From an uncultured Spirochaetota bacterium (GTDB taxonomy: Bacteria; Spirochaetota; UBA4802; UBA5550), in NCBI GenBank assembly GCA_963732395.1, contig CAVSZF010000007.1, forward strand, positions 761,571-825,570: a stretch of 64,000 bases of DNA. The letters run 5' to 3'. The notes under the pieces were generated by a model. That model ran no database searches and was not told the DNA's origin. It worked only from the letters and a program-made list of their open reading frames with translations. Every line of letters begins with the position of its first letter. Positions within the stretch are counted from its first letter, which is position 1. Positions 10,165-19,871 of this stretch are shown piece after piece. Position numbers and translations under genes: made by a program.

Positions 10165-10629
10165 TTTTGGCTCCATGAAACGAGGTAAATGTCGAGTGAT
10201 TGATAGTGGAGCAACGTATAAACCGGTTTGCGGGAATACGGTTTTAAAAATTGTGACGCATGATCATCGTACAATCGCCATTAATCCGAATTTCTTCCCT
10301 CCGTTGCTTTCCTTGTCAGGTCTACAAGGGTGGAAAGCTTCGATGGCGGAGGGCTGCACATCGCGTGTCGTTCTTCAGCGTTGTAATTATCTGCGAGGTA
10401 TGCCTCGATATCAATGCGTTCATGCCAACAATCGGATATAGTGCGGCAGGGGAGCGGATCGTTGAGCATGCGGCAATAGCTGAAAGGGACATAGTGGCCG
10501 AGGGTTCTGCAGTAACCTTTTTCATTGTCATACCGATTCTTCATGCCGTGTGTCCCGTTACCTGAACGATAACGCGGACGGGATAACGAACAATAGTAGA
10601 CATTTTTTATTCCGCCCGCGTTTATGATC

Positions 10630-12018
10630 CTACCACTTGCCGGTCTTGGAAAGTGAGGGCTTCGGGAGGCCCTTCAACTCCTCAAGTGCGGTGTCGACTT
10701 CGTCCTGGTGAAGTTCATGGTCCATAAGCTTGTCATGGAGGAAGAGGTCGTAGCCGTAGAGGTCCATGAGGCCGTGGCCACTCAGGTTGAAGATGATGAC
10801 TTTCTCCTTGCCCTCTTCCCTGGCCTGGTTGGCCTTGCGGATGGTCGCGGCGATGGCGTGGCTTGTTTCCGGCGCCACGATCAGACCCTCTGTTTGTGCG
10901 AAAAGCATTGCGGCCTTATAACACTCGATCTGCGCGATCGCCATCGGGGTAAAGAGGCCCTCCACGACACCCTGGGAAACAAGAGGGGCCATACCGTGAT
11001 AACGCAGGCCCCCGGCATGGATTGCGTCAGGGACAAAGCTGTGCCCGAGTGAATACATGGGGAGAAGGGGGGTCATCTTCGCGATATCGCCGTGATCGTA
11101 GATAAACGGGCCCTTGGTAAGGGTGGGACAGGATGTGGGCTCCACCGGAATGATCTCGATTTGAGCGCCATTGATCTTGTCTGAAGCGTAGGGGAAGGCG
11201 AGGCCTGCGAAGTTGCTCCCACCACCCGCACATCCGATAACCACGTCGACTTTTTTCTCACCGAAGATTTCCATCTGTTTTTTTGTTTCAAGACCGATGA
11301 TCGTCTGGTGAAGAAGAACATGGTTCAGGACGCTTCCAAGGGAATATCGCGTCTGGCCGGTTTCGTCAGTGACCGCGGCCTCGATCGCCTCGCTTATCGC
11401 AATACCCAGGCTACCCGGGGTATCGGGGTGCTCTTTGAGGACCGCCCTTCCCGCGTTGGTTTCCGTACTAGGGCTCGGTATGCAGGTGCCTCCCCATGTC
11501 TGCATCATTGTTTTACGCATGGGCTTCTGATCGAAGCTGATCCTGACCATGAATACCTTGCACTCCATTCCTAGGAGGGAGCAGGCGAAGGAGAGGGCGC
11601 TTCCCCATTGCCCGGCACCTGTTTCCGTGGTCAGTTTTTTGATGCCGAATTCCCTGTTGTACCAGGCCTGTGCAACGGCAGTGTTTGGTTTGTGGCTACC
11701 CGCCGGCGAGACGCTTTCATTCTTGTAGTAAATCCTTGCGGGGGTGTTCAACGCCTTTTCGAGAAACCGGGCGCGATGTAGCGGAGAAGGCCGCCACCGG
11801 TAGAGAAGATCCAGGATGCCTTCGGGTATGTCGATCCAGCGATCCTGGGACATTTCCTGCTCAATGAGGTTCATCGGAAACACCGGTGCCAGCATATCGG
11901 GCGAGATCGGTTTTCCGTCAGGCCCGAGTGGCGGTTGAAGTGGAGTGGGAAGATCGGCCGCGATATTATACCACTGGCGAGGGATATCCTTTTCTGAAAG
12001 AAACACTTTGGTCTGCAT
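10630..12018 (-). CDS. trpB2: TrpB2-type tryptophan synthase beta-like PLP enzyme
   Basis: 462 aa long-form TrpB. PLP-lysine region [24 protein letters not shown] glycine loop. The N-terminal extension is typical of TrpB2. No trpA or other trp genes nearby. Confidence 0.85.
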   Translation of the reverse strand: MQTKVFLSEKDIPRQWYNIAADLPTPLQPPLGPDGKPISPDMLAPVFPMNLIEQEMSQDRWIDIPEGILDLLYRWRPSPLHRARFLEKALNTPARIYYKNESVSPAGSHKPNTAVAQAWYNREFGIKKLTTETGAGQWGSALSFACSLLGMECKVFMVRISFDQKPMRKTMMQTWGGTCIPSPSTETNAGRAVLKEHPDTPGSLGIAISEAIEAAVTDETGQTRYSLGSVLNHVLLHQTIIGLETKKQMEIFGEKKVDVVIGCAGGGSNFAGLAFPYASDKINGAQIEIIPVEPTSCPTLTKGPFIYDHGDIAKMTPLLPMYSLGHSFVPDAIHAGGLRYHGMAPLVSQGVVEGLFTPMAIAQIECYKAAMLFAQTEGLIVAPETSHAIAATIRKANQAREEGKEKVIIFNLSGHGLMDLYGYDLFLHDKLMDHELHQDEVDTALEELKGLPKPSLSKTGKW

Positions 12019-12083
12019 AAAGTTCTCCTTGATTGTAAAATTGCCGGTTCGCGCCGGTGATTGGAACGCGCGCTGATCGGTTG

Positions 12084-12362
12084 TTAACTGTGAATCTCTT
12101 TGTGCCGTTCGATCATGGTTCTAAAAGGTGAACGGGTTTTTTTCAGTTCTTTAGAGCCCCTCGTTATTTTGCAGAGGCTCAAGCCGAGTTTTTCTGCTAT
12201 TTTGCGCTGGCTCATGCCGTCATAGAGAAGTTTTACCAGTTCCCACCGGGACGATATTTCGGCAATCTCGTTTCCGGTAAGGATGCTCCTCAAGAAGGAT
12301 TCGATTTTTTCCGCGTCGTCGGTATCTGCAAGAACCCGCGCGATTTCCTTTAACTTATTCAT
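12084..12362 (-). CDS. yerC: TrpR-related YerC/YecD family DNA-binding protein
   Basis: 92 aa. Helix-turn-helix [23 protein letters not shown] resembles the TrpR/YerC family. GAGG RBS upstream. Sits 65 bp upstream of trpB2 on the same strand. Confidence 0.75.
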   Translation of the reverse strand: MNKLKEIARVLADTDDAEKIESFLRSILTGNEIAEISSRWELVKLLYDGMSQRKIAEKLGLSLCKITRGSKELKKTRSPFRTMIERHKEIHS

Positions 12363-12378
12363 AGCCTCATGTTAAATA

Positions 12379-12414
12379 GTTTCTATTGGTAGAAACGATT
12401 CTATTAATAGAAAC
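12379..12414 (-). promoter_or_regulatory. Two abutting 18-bp palindromic operator-like sites
   Basis: The two sites are GTTTCTAttggTAGAAAC and GATTCTATTAATAGAAAC, the second containing a perfect 14-bp palindrome TTCTATTAATAGAA. They lie 17-52 bp upstream of the yerC start codon. Confidence 0.45.
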
Positions 12415-12469
12415 ATATTTCGCATCGGCTTTCTGTGTCAAGGGTTTTTTCAGGCATGGGAGCGTTTTT

Positions 12470-13066
12470 TCAGACGGGCCCTACAGGCAAGGGTTTGGGA
12501 TTTTTCATCCGGATGCCTGTAACGGCCCGGTAGCGACGATAAAGGACATGTGTATTCATGCTCAGGAATTCGAAATGAGCCGAGGTGTGTGCATAGGGAA
12601 TAAATGCCCGCAGTTCGGGGGAAAAGAGGGTTTCAAAATGGCGTTTGGAATGGCCATGGGCGGCTTTAACCGCCCCCATTCGACGAATATCACCATCGAA
12701 ACGGGGACTGATATGAAAGAGCTCGTGGAAAAGGACGCCGAGCTTTCCCTCCCATGACAGATCGAAAAAACGAGGCATGTAGAAATAAAGCATGTAAAGA
12801 CAGGTTCTGCCGTTGTGGGATATTTCGGGTATGGCGTATGTCCGGCCGCGGTGGAGCAGGCGAGGGGAGCCGTTTTTAAACCGGAGGGGAATAAGCTTTC
12901 CGTAAAGGCCGCCCCTCCTCCCCTTCCGATTTGAGCCGACGCATACAAGAATCCGTTCGACATCAATGTGAGCAAGAGAGGGGGTGCGGGACACAATTTC
13001 GGAAATGATCGCGGTTAACGTGCTGGAAAGATCGATTTCATCCTGAGGGATTGATTCGTTCTGCAT
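12470..13066 (-). CDS. Putative zincin-like metallopeptidase (HExxH...HxxxF; DUF45/YgjP-like or SprT-like)
   Basis: HELFH followed by HGHSKRHFETL. Start set to the internal Met (MQNESIP). It still overlaps the recN 3' end by ~28 bp. Same strand as nadK-recN. Confidence 0.55.
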   Translation of the reverse strand: MQNESIPQDEIDLSSTLTAIISEIVSRTPSLAHIDVERILVCVGSNRKGRRGGLYGKLIPLRFKNGSPRLLHRGRTYAIPEISHNGRTCLYMLYFYMPRFFDLSWEGKLGVLFHELFHISPRFDGDIRRMGAVKAAHGHSKRHFETLFSPELRAFIPYAHTSAHFEFLSMNTHVLYRRYRAVTGIRMKNPKPLPVGPV

Positions 13067-14756
13067 TGCGTACCATTTCCTCGGCGTGTTTGACGGATAT
13101 GTCGGTGATAGTTTCACCTGCCAGCATACGGGCGATTTCCCGTATTTTTTCCTTTACCCCCAATTGTTTAACCAGGGTGGTGATTCGCTCCCCTGCCTTC
13201 GATTTCTGTACGGTGAAGTGACTGTCGGCCATGGCGGCTATCTGGGGCAGGTGGGTAACGACAAGGACCTGCCTGTCACCAGCAAGGGACTTGAGTTTCC
13301 GGCCGACGATTTCTGCGACCTTTCCTCCAATGCCCGCATCGACCTCATCGAAGACAAGGCTTTCCACGATGTCTGCGGAAAGTATGACATTTTTGATGGC
13401 GAGCATTATGCGCGACATTTCCCCACCGGAGGCCACTTTGCGGAGCTGGCGCAGGTCTTCCCCGGCGTTTGCCGAAAGAAGGAATTCGACCCGGTCGAGA
13501 CCGTGTGGGTAGAGCATGTACCGCTTGTTATCAGCCTCTATCTCTCCCTGGGGATCTACTTCCCGATTGATGGAAACCCGGAATTGGGTGCCCGACATGC
13601 CTAGGTCACCGAGCTCCTTCATGACCATGGTTTCGAGGCGCCGCGCCGTGGATTTGCGTTTCTCGGATAGGGAAAGGGCCACCTCTTTCGCTTCCCGGAC
13701 CGCCTGCCGGTATTCCGTCTTAATACGCTCAAGTTCCTCGGCGCCGGAGTTTATGGCATCGAGCTCACTCCGGGCCGTCTCCGCGTAGTCGAGGACGGTC
13801 CGGATGGTGTCTCCGTACTTTTTTTTCAGGTTCGATATAAGCGAGAGCCGTTCCTCAACCTGGTTGGTGCGCTCGGGGGAAAAGTCGATATGGCCCTCGT
13901 AATCGCGGAGGTACACCGCGGCGTCCTCGAGGGAATAGAGAGACTGTCGGATGGTGTCGAGAAGGCCGGCGATTTCCGGGTCATATTCCGATATTTTCGA
14001 AAGGCTTTGCTCGGCGCGTTTCAGGTTCTGGAGTGCGCCGCCTTCCCCGTTGATGAGGCGGGAGGAGGCGTTTATCTCTTTGAACAGTTTTTCCGAGTTA
14101 GCCAGGAGCAGCGACTCGTTTTTGAGTTCCTCGTCTTCACCCTCCTTGAGGGTTGCCGCCTCGATTTCCCTGACTGCGAAGGTGTTATATTCGATACGGC
14201 GGGCTTTTTCACGTTCATCGATTTCGAAGGAGCTGAGGCTGTTTTTCAGAGACTGTAGGCGGTCATGGATCCCGCGGATACGGGAGACGTCGTCTTCAAG
14301 ACCGCCGAAACTATCGAGAAGTTCACGATGGCGCGATACTTTGACGATGCTCTGGTGCTCGTGCTGGCCATGGATGTCGATTAGGTGATCTGATAGTTCC
14401 TTGAGCTTCGATGCGGGGACCTGGACCGCATTGACAAAGGAGCGGCCCTTGCCGCTGGAATAGAGTTCTCGTCTCAGGACCAGCGTGTCGTCATCCGAGT
14501 CGATTCCCGCCTTATCAAGGATTTTTTTGATCGCTGGGGCGGAAGAGATATCAAAACTGGCTTCAAGTGTCGATTTTTCGAACCCGGTCCGGATCATGTC
14601 CGTGGTCATTTTATCGCCCATGACGCCGGAGAGGGCGTCGATCAGGATCGACTTTCCTGCGCCCGTTTCACCGGTCAGGATGTTGAGACCCTTGCCGAAG
14701 GAGATTGCCAGGTCTTCAATTATGACGAAATTTTTTATTTTAAGTTCGTTCAGCAT
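13038..14756 (-). CDS. recN: DNA repair protein RecN
   Basis: 572 aa SMC-like protein. N-terminal Walker A NILTGETGAGKS. Coiled-coil middle. C-terminal signature/Walker B (LVFDEVDAGIGG). Confidence 0.9.
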   Translation of the reverse strand: MLNELKIKNFVIIEDLAISFGKGLNILTGETGAGKSILIDALSGVMGDKMTTDMIRTGFEKSTLEASFDISSAPAIKKILDKAGIDSDDDTLVLRRELYSSGKGRSFVNAVQVPASKLKELSDHLIDIHGQHEHQSIVKVSRHRELLDSFGGLEDDVSRIRGIHDRLQSLKNSLSSFEIDEREKARRIEYNTFAVREIEAATLKEGEDEELKNESLLLANSEKLFKEINASSRLINGEGGALQNLKRAEQSLSKISEYDPEIAGLLDTIRQSLYSLEDAAVYLRDYEGHIDFSPERTNQVEERLSLISNLKKKYGDTIRTVLDYAETARSELDAINSGAEELERIKTEYRQAVREAKEVALSLSEKRKSTARRLETMVMKELGDLGMSGTQFRVSINREVDPQGEIEADNKRYMLYPHGLDRVEFLLSANAGEDLRQLRKVASGGEMSRIMLAIKNVILSADIVESLVFDEVDAGIGGKVAEIVGRKLKSLAGDRQVLVVTHLPQIAAMADSHFTVQKSKAGERITTLVKQLGVKEKIREIARMLAGETITDISVKHAEEMVRNAERINPSG

Positions 14757-14774
14757 GGCGATGCATCGGTTCCA

Positions 14775-15635
14775 TCATCCCCACCCGAGCTTTTCGCGCA
14801 GGATGGAGTAGTAGTTTTTTTCCGGGTGTGTGATTGACTTTATGTTGCTTTCCGACCTGCGAATGAGGACCTCGTCGTTCCCGTTGATTTCAATCCCTTC
14901 TTGCCCGTCGATTGTCAATAATAAATTTTCATAATCCGACATCACCCTGGCGCAGAAGCGAGAGCTTGCCGGAATAATCACCGGACGCATGGCAAGGCTG
15001 TGGGGGCATATGGGGCTCAGGAGAAAAATGCTGGTTTCGACCGGGTTGATGATCGGACCTCCCGCCGAGAGGGAGTAGGCGGTGGAGCCGGTGGGTGTGG
15101 ACATGATAAGCCCATCGCCGGTGAAGGAGCTGAGAAAATTTCCATCGATTTCAAGGTCAAGTCTGATGGGACGCATAAGGGCTCCCTTGTGAATCACCGC
15201 ATCGTTCAGGAAACTCATGCTCTCGGTCTCTTTGCCGTTTCTGAAGATGGCTGCTTCAAGGACGAGGCGCTCAACGGCCGAGTATTCGCCTCTGAGAACT
15301 CCAGACAGATATGGCTCGTACTCGTCAGGGCTGAATTCCGTGAGGAACCCGAGGCGCCCACGGTTGATTCCGAAAAGTGGGCATCCGGTCTCCCGAAATA
15401 TACGGGCGGTGCGGAGAAAGGTACCGTCACCGCCTATTACAATGACAAGATCTGCGGAATTCACGAATCGGTCAAAGGGAACAGCAAGACGGTAACATTC
15501 ATCGTTTCTGATGATATCGTATTCCGGGAGCAGGACCGTTATGCCCTCACCCTCGAGAAACTGAACAAGGCGTGTGAGCATCAGGGCGCAGATGCCGTCG
15601 TCAGGGCGGAAATTTATCGACACGGTTCGAATCAT
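14775..15635 (-). CDS. nadK: NAD(+) kinase
   Basis: GGDGT motif (VIVIGGDGTFLRTAR). NE/D short motif. 286 aa. Immediately upstream of recN, a common arrangement. Confidence 0.9.
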   Translation of the reverse strand: MIRTVSINFRPDDGICALMLTRLVQFLEGEGITVLLPEYDIIRNDECYRLAVPFDRFVNSADLVIVIGGDGTFLRTARIFRETGCPLFGINRGRLGFLTEFSPDEYEPYLSGVLRGEYSAVERLVLEAAIFRNGKETESMSFLNDAVIHKGALMRPIRLDLEIDGNFLSSFTGDGLIMSTPTGSTAYSLSAGGPIINPVETSIFLLSPICPHSLAMRPVIIPASSRFCARVMSDYENLLLTIDGQEGIEINGNDEVLIRRSESNIKSITHPEKNYYSILREKLGWG

Positions 15636-15892
15636 GCACTACCCCCGTCTGGTTGCCCACTATATGAACAGGAGACAACCCGAGTCAATTAAAAAAGGGG
15701 GGTGTAAGTTAATCCCACACACCCGGAAGTACTACTACGAACGGGGACATAAAAAAGGAAAAACAATATCGCCCGGGGGGAAGCGGGAACGTCAATTATC
15801 CCTTGACAGGAGGGGGGTGCAGGCGATCATGCGGAGGGTGCTACAGTTTGCAGGATACCCGGCCTTTTATCGCAGCGCTGCAGGGAGGCGTG

Positions 15893-16249
15893 ATGGAAGC
15901 AGAAAAGCATATCAATAAACGGTCCCTCAAGGAAAGGCTTGATGGTAACTATGATCTTTTCCGTGAGCTTGCGGAGATGTTTATTGCCAACAGCGCGGAA
16001 CTACTTTCTTCACTTGAAAAGGCGATCAGGGAGCGGGACGCCGCCGCTATCGGCAAGGCGGCCCATACGATCAAGGGCGCGGTGGCGAATTTTTCGGCCG
16101 ATGGGGCCTTCGCCGCGGCCTATGAGATTGAAAAAATTGGAAAAAGCGGTGAACTCAACAGTGTCGATACAGCAATGGAAAGCCTTGTTAATGAATTGAA
16201 GGGCATGACGAGGGCCCTGAACCATCTACTTGAGAAAAAAGGTTTCTGA
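15893..16249 (+). CDS. Hpt (histidine phosphotransfer) domain protein
   Basis: Four-helix-bundle Hpt signature AAHTIKGAVANFSA with the phospho-accepting His. Start set to the ATG after a GGGAGG RBS. The 5' extension in the track lacks a sensible start context. Confidence 0.7.
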   Translation: MEAEKHINKRSLKERLDGNYDLFRELAEMFIANSAELLSSLEKAIRERDAAAIGKAAHTIKGAVANFSADGAFAAAYEIEKIGKSGELNSVDTAMESLVNELKGMTRALNHLLEKKGF

Positions 16250-16273
16250 ACCCCACTCATTCCCCGGACCGGA

Positions 16274-18466
16274 TCAGGACCGGCCCTTTCCCCGCAGAGA
16301 TAGGACATAGGCATAACCGCATCCTGCCGCAATGAGGATTGTGCCGAGCCATACGAGCCATATCAACCTTTTTCTTGTGACCGTGATGATGACCGTATCG
16401 GGGGGTGTGACGATATTTTTGCCTGGGGCCACGTAGAGAAGGATCTGTTTGCTGGTTGCGTTGATCTCTCGGACTGAAAGTGAGCGGTCCGTTCCCGGGA
16501 TGGGGCAATCGAGGTGTCGCATTCTCCCATCTGCAAACGCGATTCCCGGAGAGACACGCTGCCCGTTAACCTCCATATCGGCATAGGTAGTCGGCTCACC
16601 GGAGGTCATATGCTCGGTCCTGAACCCCATGAATTTCATCCGCATTCCCCCGAATTCTTTCACTTCGCCCCTTCCAATTACAAGGAGAGTTAATGATTCG
16701 GCTCCTGACACATAGTCATCCGGGGCGATATAGACATCATCAAGCAGGCCGGGAATGATATACGGTTCCTTGAAAATGGATTCGGTTTTCTGATCGAAAT
16801 AATAGGCGATATTCACAACGCGCGTATGTGAGTCCATTTTGACCGAAAATCGAAGGTACGGCTCTTTCCCTTCATGGTGGTCCAGGAATGTCATCTGAAC
16901 ACCGTTGATAGCATATCCCGCGCCCTGGACCATTTTCTGGCGACCAGAGGTGGTATGGAAGCCGGATGTGACTATGCCGAGGGCGAGAATCCCAATCCCG
17001 ATATGGGTGAGACGTGAGGGAAGGGTCAGGCGGGCACGCGTCTTTGCGAGATCGATAACGGCCCGGGCAATCAGGAAAATCGATATAATCGAAAACATGA
17101 TGGCCGCGGGGCTTTTGGTAAAACCGATGTTGATTACAACCCCGAGGGCCGAAGAAGCGGCCAGGGCGATGATGTTTTCCCTACTCGAGAGTGTCTTCGG
17201 TGTTTCCACGATGCGGGTCGTGGCGGCAATCATGAGGAGCAGGATAAGCATACCAAAGGGCCGTGTGAAGTTGTTATAAAACGACTCCGTTACGTTCGCA
17301 GGATGTTCCATGAACAGGCTGGTGATGATCGGCATTGCCGTACCCGTCAGGATGACCAAGGCATACACGAGAATCACTATGATGCCGTAGAGGGTGAGCA
17401 TGTCCCAATTGAACCCCTCCGCAACGATTTTTTCCCCACTGGAATCACTGAATCGGACAATGAAAAGGACCACCGAGGCAATTGAGATAATAATGATAAA
17501 TGCGAGAAGATAGTTGGCGATCCCCGAGGATGAGAATGAGTGAACAGAAAAATTTGCAAGGGCCCCGCCCCTCGTAAACCAGGTGCTGAGAAAGATCAGT
17601 ACAAAGTAGATAATCGCCATGAAGGCATTGATCCTCTTGAGGGCATTGCGACGCATTTGGAGAAAAAAGCCATGGACCAGGGCCACCGAAACCAACCAGG
17701 GTATGAGTGACGAATTTTCAACCGGGTCCCATCCCCAGTATCCGCCCCACCCGAGTACGGTATAGGCCCAGTAGCCACCAAGGAAGATGCCTATGCCGAG
17801 GGAGACGGTGCTGAAGAGGAGCCAGGGGCGGGCGTCCCGTATCCACCCCCCCAAATCCTTTTTTATAAGAGCTGAGATCGCGTATCCAAAGGGAATGGTT
17901 GCCGAGGCATATCCTAAAAAGAGCACCGGGGGATGGGTGATCATCCACGGGTCTCTCAGAAGAGGGTTCAGGCCGGCGCCGTCCCCGGGATAGAGTCCAG
18001 GGCTAAAATGTTCAGGGTACATTTCCCAGACACGGAGATAGGGGCTCTCGATGATGAGCAGGGCCAGGATGAATACCTGTGTCATGAGCACGACAGTGGT
18101 GACTATTCTGGCGTGCTCACTTTTCGAATGGAGGGGAAAAAACCCGATGATATTAATGAAGAAGAGCCATATGAGAAAACTTCCCTCCTTGCCGGCCCAC
18201 ATGGCGGCGATGCGGTAGGGAAGAGCCAGATCCCGGGATGAGTTGTTGTATACGTAGATGAAGCGAAAATCTGATGCGATGAAGTAATAAAGAAGAAGCA
18301 ATACAGAAAAGCCTATGCCAAGGGCCGCGATGAGATAAAGCCTTCTCGACTTATCCCAGAAGAAATCCCTACCGGCCGCAGCCGCCAGGCTCGATCCCAA
18401 GGCGGCCAGGGAGATCACAAGAGAGAAGATGAGTAAGAGGTTTCCCCAGTTCACTGCTGCGCTCAT
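16274..18466 (-). CDS. ccmF: Cytochrome c-type biogenesis protein CcmF (heme lyase component)
   Basis: WWD domain WGGYWGWDPVENSSL. Many TM helices. Start trimmed to MSAAVNW (ATG 18464-18466), which follows the ccmE stop by 1 nt. The long N-terminal extension in the track overlaps ccmE. Confidence 0.85.
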   Translation of the reverse strand: MSAAVNWGNLLLIFSLVISLAALGSSLAAAAGRDFFWDKSRRLYLIAALGIGFSVLLLLYYFIASDFRFIYVYNNSSRDLALPYRIAAMWAGKEGSFLIWLFFINIIGFFPLHSKSEHARIVTTVVLMTQVFILALLIIESPYLRVWEMYPEHFSPGLYPGDGAGLNPLLRDPWMITHPPVLFLGYASATIPFGYAISALIKKDLGGWIRDARPWLLFSTVSLGIGIFLGGYWAYTVLGWGGYWGWDPVENSSLIPWLVSVALVHGFFLQMRRNALKRINAFMAIIYFVLIFLSTWFTRGGALANFSVHSFSSSGIANYLLAFIIIISIASVVLFIVRFSDSSGEKIVAEGFNWDMLTLYGIIVILVYALVILTGTAMPIITSLFMEHPANVTESFYNNFTRPFGMLILLLMIAATTRIVETPKTLSSRENIIALAASSALGVVINIGFTKSPAAIMFSIISIFLIARAVIDLAKTRARLTLPSRLTHIGIGILALGIVTSGFHTTSGRQKMVQGAGYAINGVQMTFLDHHEGKEPYLRFSVKMDSHTRVVNIAYYFDQKTESIFKEPYIIPGLLDDVYIAPDDYVSGAESLTLLVIGRGEVKEFGGMRMKFMGFRTEHMTSGEPTTYADMEVNGQRVSPGIAFADGRMRHLDCPIPGTDRSLSVREINATSKQILLYVAPGKNIVTPPDTVIITVTRKRLIWLVWLGTILIAAGCGYAYVLSLRGKGRS

Positions 18467-18467
18467 G

Positions 18468-18842
18468 TCAGCGGGTGCTCCTGTATTTTGATGGGCACTT
18501 GACCAGCACCTTTTCTGCCTCAAAGATGCCCCGGTCGGAATTGAATGCGCCGAGAAGCACCACCTGTTCAGCGTGCTCGAAGTTCTGCGGTACGGGGCCA
18601 CCATGTTCGACATCCATTGTTGCGCCGTTTGCATCGACGAGTCGAAATGAAAATTTCCCGTCATCGTGAACGATCCGGACGGATCTGTCGAAGGTGCCTA
18701 TGATTTGCACATAGGAGCCTGCCCGGGCGCGGGCGGTATCTAAAGGGACATAAGGGGAAAGGATGTTTTTGCTCAACGAGAGGACGGCGATCACCAGGAA
18801 GACGAGTCCCAGAGCGGGAATCAGTATGACACGGTATTTCAT
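18468..18842 (-). CDS. ccmE: Cytochrome c-type biogenesis heme chaperone CcmE
   Basis: 124 aa. N-terminal TM anchor and OB-fold region. Size and position between ccmD/ccmC and ccmF. Confidence 0.85.
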   Translation of the reverse strand: MKYRVILIPALGLVFLVIAVLSLSKNILSPYVPLDTARARAGSYVQIIGTFDRSVRIVHDDGKFSFRLVDANGATMDVEHGGPVPQNFEHAEQVVLLGAFNSDRGIFEAEKVLVKCPSKYRSTR

Positions 18843-19144
18843 TGACCGCCCTCCCGGGACCGATCGATCGACTTTATCTCCCCTTCGAGCTTCGAGACCT
18901 TACGATCGAGCATGAAGAGAAAAAGGGCGATTCCGGACCATATAAACAGGATAACCCCCGCGACCAGGTAGAGCGAGGATGGATCGCATTCGCCGGGTAA
19001 CGGTCCGCGTTCCTTCGCGTGGGGTTTTTCCGCATTGAGTAATGTCTTGCGCAGGGGCGTCATGTCTGCCGTGAAAGAGGCCGTGCCCCAGGGGGCAACA
19101 AGGGCCAGGGAGAGAAGGATGGCTCTAATCGTACGCATGATCAT
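18839..19144 (-). CDS. ccmD: Small membrane protein, possible CcmD (heme exporter protein D)
   Basis: 101 aa with a signal/TM segment, a second TM (LYLVAGVILFIWSGIALFLFML) and a charged tail. Sits in the ccmC-ccmE slot. Longer than typical CcmD, hence low confidence. Confidence 0.4.
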   Translation of the reverse strand: MIMRTIRAILLSLALVAPWGTASFTADMTPLRKTLLNAEKPHAKERGPLPGECDPSSLYLVAGVILFIWSGIALFLFMLDRKVSKLEGEIKSIDRSREGGQ

Positions 19145-19871
19145 GTTCCTCGATTGATCTTTTCAATGCGGTAATTCTGTTCATAAGCTGAAGGAGAAAG
19201 GCATAGAGTGTGGTAAAGGCGACGAGAGCGGTGCTGAGGGCCGTTAGCATGAGCCCGTCCATTTGGATCTTGCGTTCGGTGTTGATTATTGTATCGGGAT
19301 GGAGCGAATCGGTAATGCGTGGCACGAGAAAAATAAAAAAAGGTACGGTCATCATCGCTACCACCAGGTATGATGAGCCAATGCTCGCCCTGCCGGGACC
19401 GTCGGGAAGGGCGCCCCGAAGGCAAAAATAGGCGATATAAATGAGAAGGATGAAGACAATTGAGGTCTGGCGCGGGTCCCAGTTCCAGAAGGAGCCCCAG
19501 CTCAGTCTGGCCCAAAGAGATCCGCTGATTACGCTAAAGATAGTGAAGGCCAGACCCACCGCAGCCGAGTTGGCGGCCCGGTCGGCGAGGTGCAGGCTTT
19601 CTTTTTTCCAGCCCGTGAGATGGACAATCGAGAGGAAGCCGGATACGGAAAAGGCAAGGACCGATACCCAGGCGAGGGGGACGTGGAAAAAGACAATACG
19701 ACTGTAGTCGCCAAGGATCTCGGCGGACGGAGCGAGAAAAAACGCCATGATAATCGTGACCGGCATCAGCAGGTACACGCTTCGTGTGATGACCCTTGTA
19801 ATTTTCATGTACGCAACAGTGTATGTAAAATATAAGCCGCCGTGATGCTCCTGCGGGACGGGCGGAGGCAT
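19125..19871 (-). CDS. ccmC: Heme exporter protein CcmC
   Basis: 248 aa polytopic membrane protein with WWD motif WGSFWNWDPRQTSIVFILL. Confidence 0.85.
   Translation of the reverse strand: MPPPVPQEHHGGLYFTYTVAYMKITRVITRSVYLLMPVTIIMAFFLAPSAEILGDYSRIVFFHVPLAWVSVLAFSVSGFLSIVHLTGWKKESLHLADRAANSAAVGLAFTIFSVISGSLWARLSWGSFWNWDPRQTSIVFILLIYIAYFCLRGALPDGPGRASIGSSYLVVAMMTVPFFIFLVPRITDSLHPDTIINTERKIQMDGLMLTALSTALVAFTTLYAFLLQLMNRITALKRSIEEHDHAYD

Noticed and set aside
10281-10544. 87-aa Cys-containing minus-strand ORF (and an overlapping 101-aa plus-strand ORF) in the 450-bp gap between the SGNH hydrolase gene and trpB2
   Set aside because: There is only a weak RBS (GGGA 11 nt upstream), no motif, and two mutually exclusive frames of similar quality. 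I have not called it, but it could be a small real gene. A conservation check would settle it.
16274-18664. Track version of ccmF (796 aa) with a 66-residue N-terminal extension
   Set aside because: The extension overlaps the whole of ccmE in another frame and has no membrane or signal character. The ATG at 18466, 1 nt after the ccmE stop, gives a canonical CcmF N-terminus.
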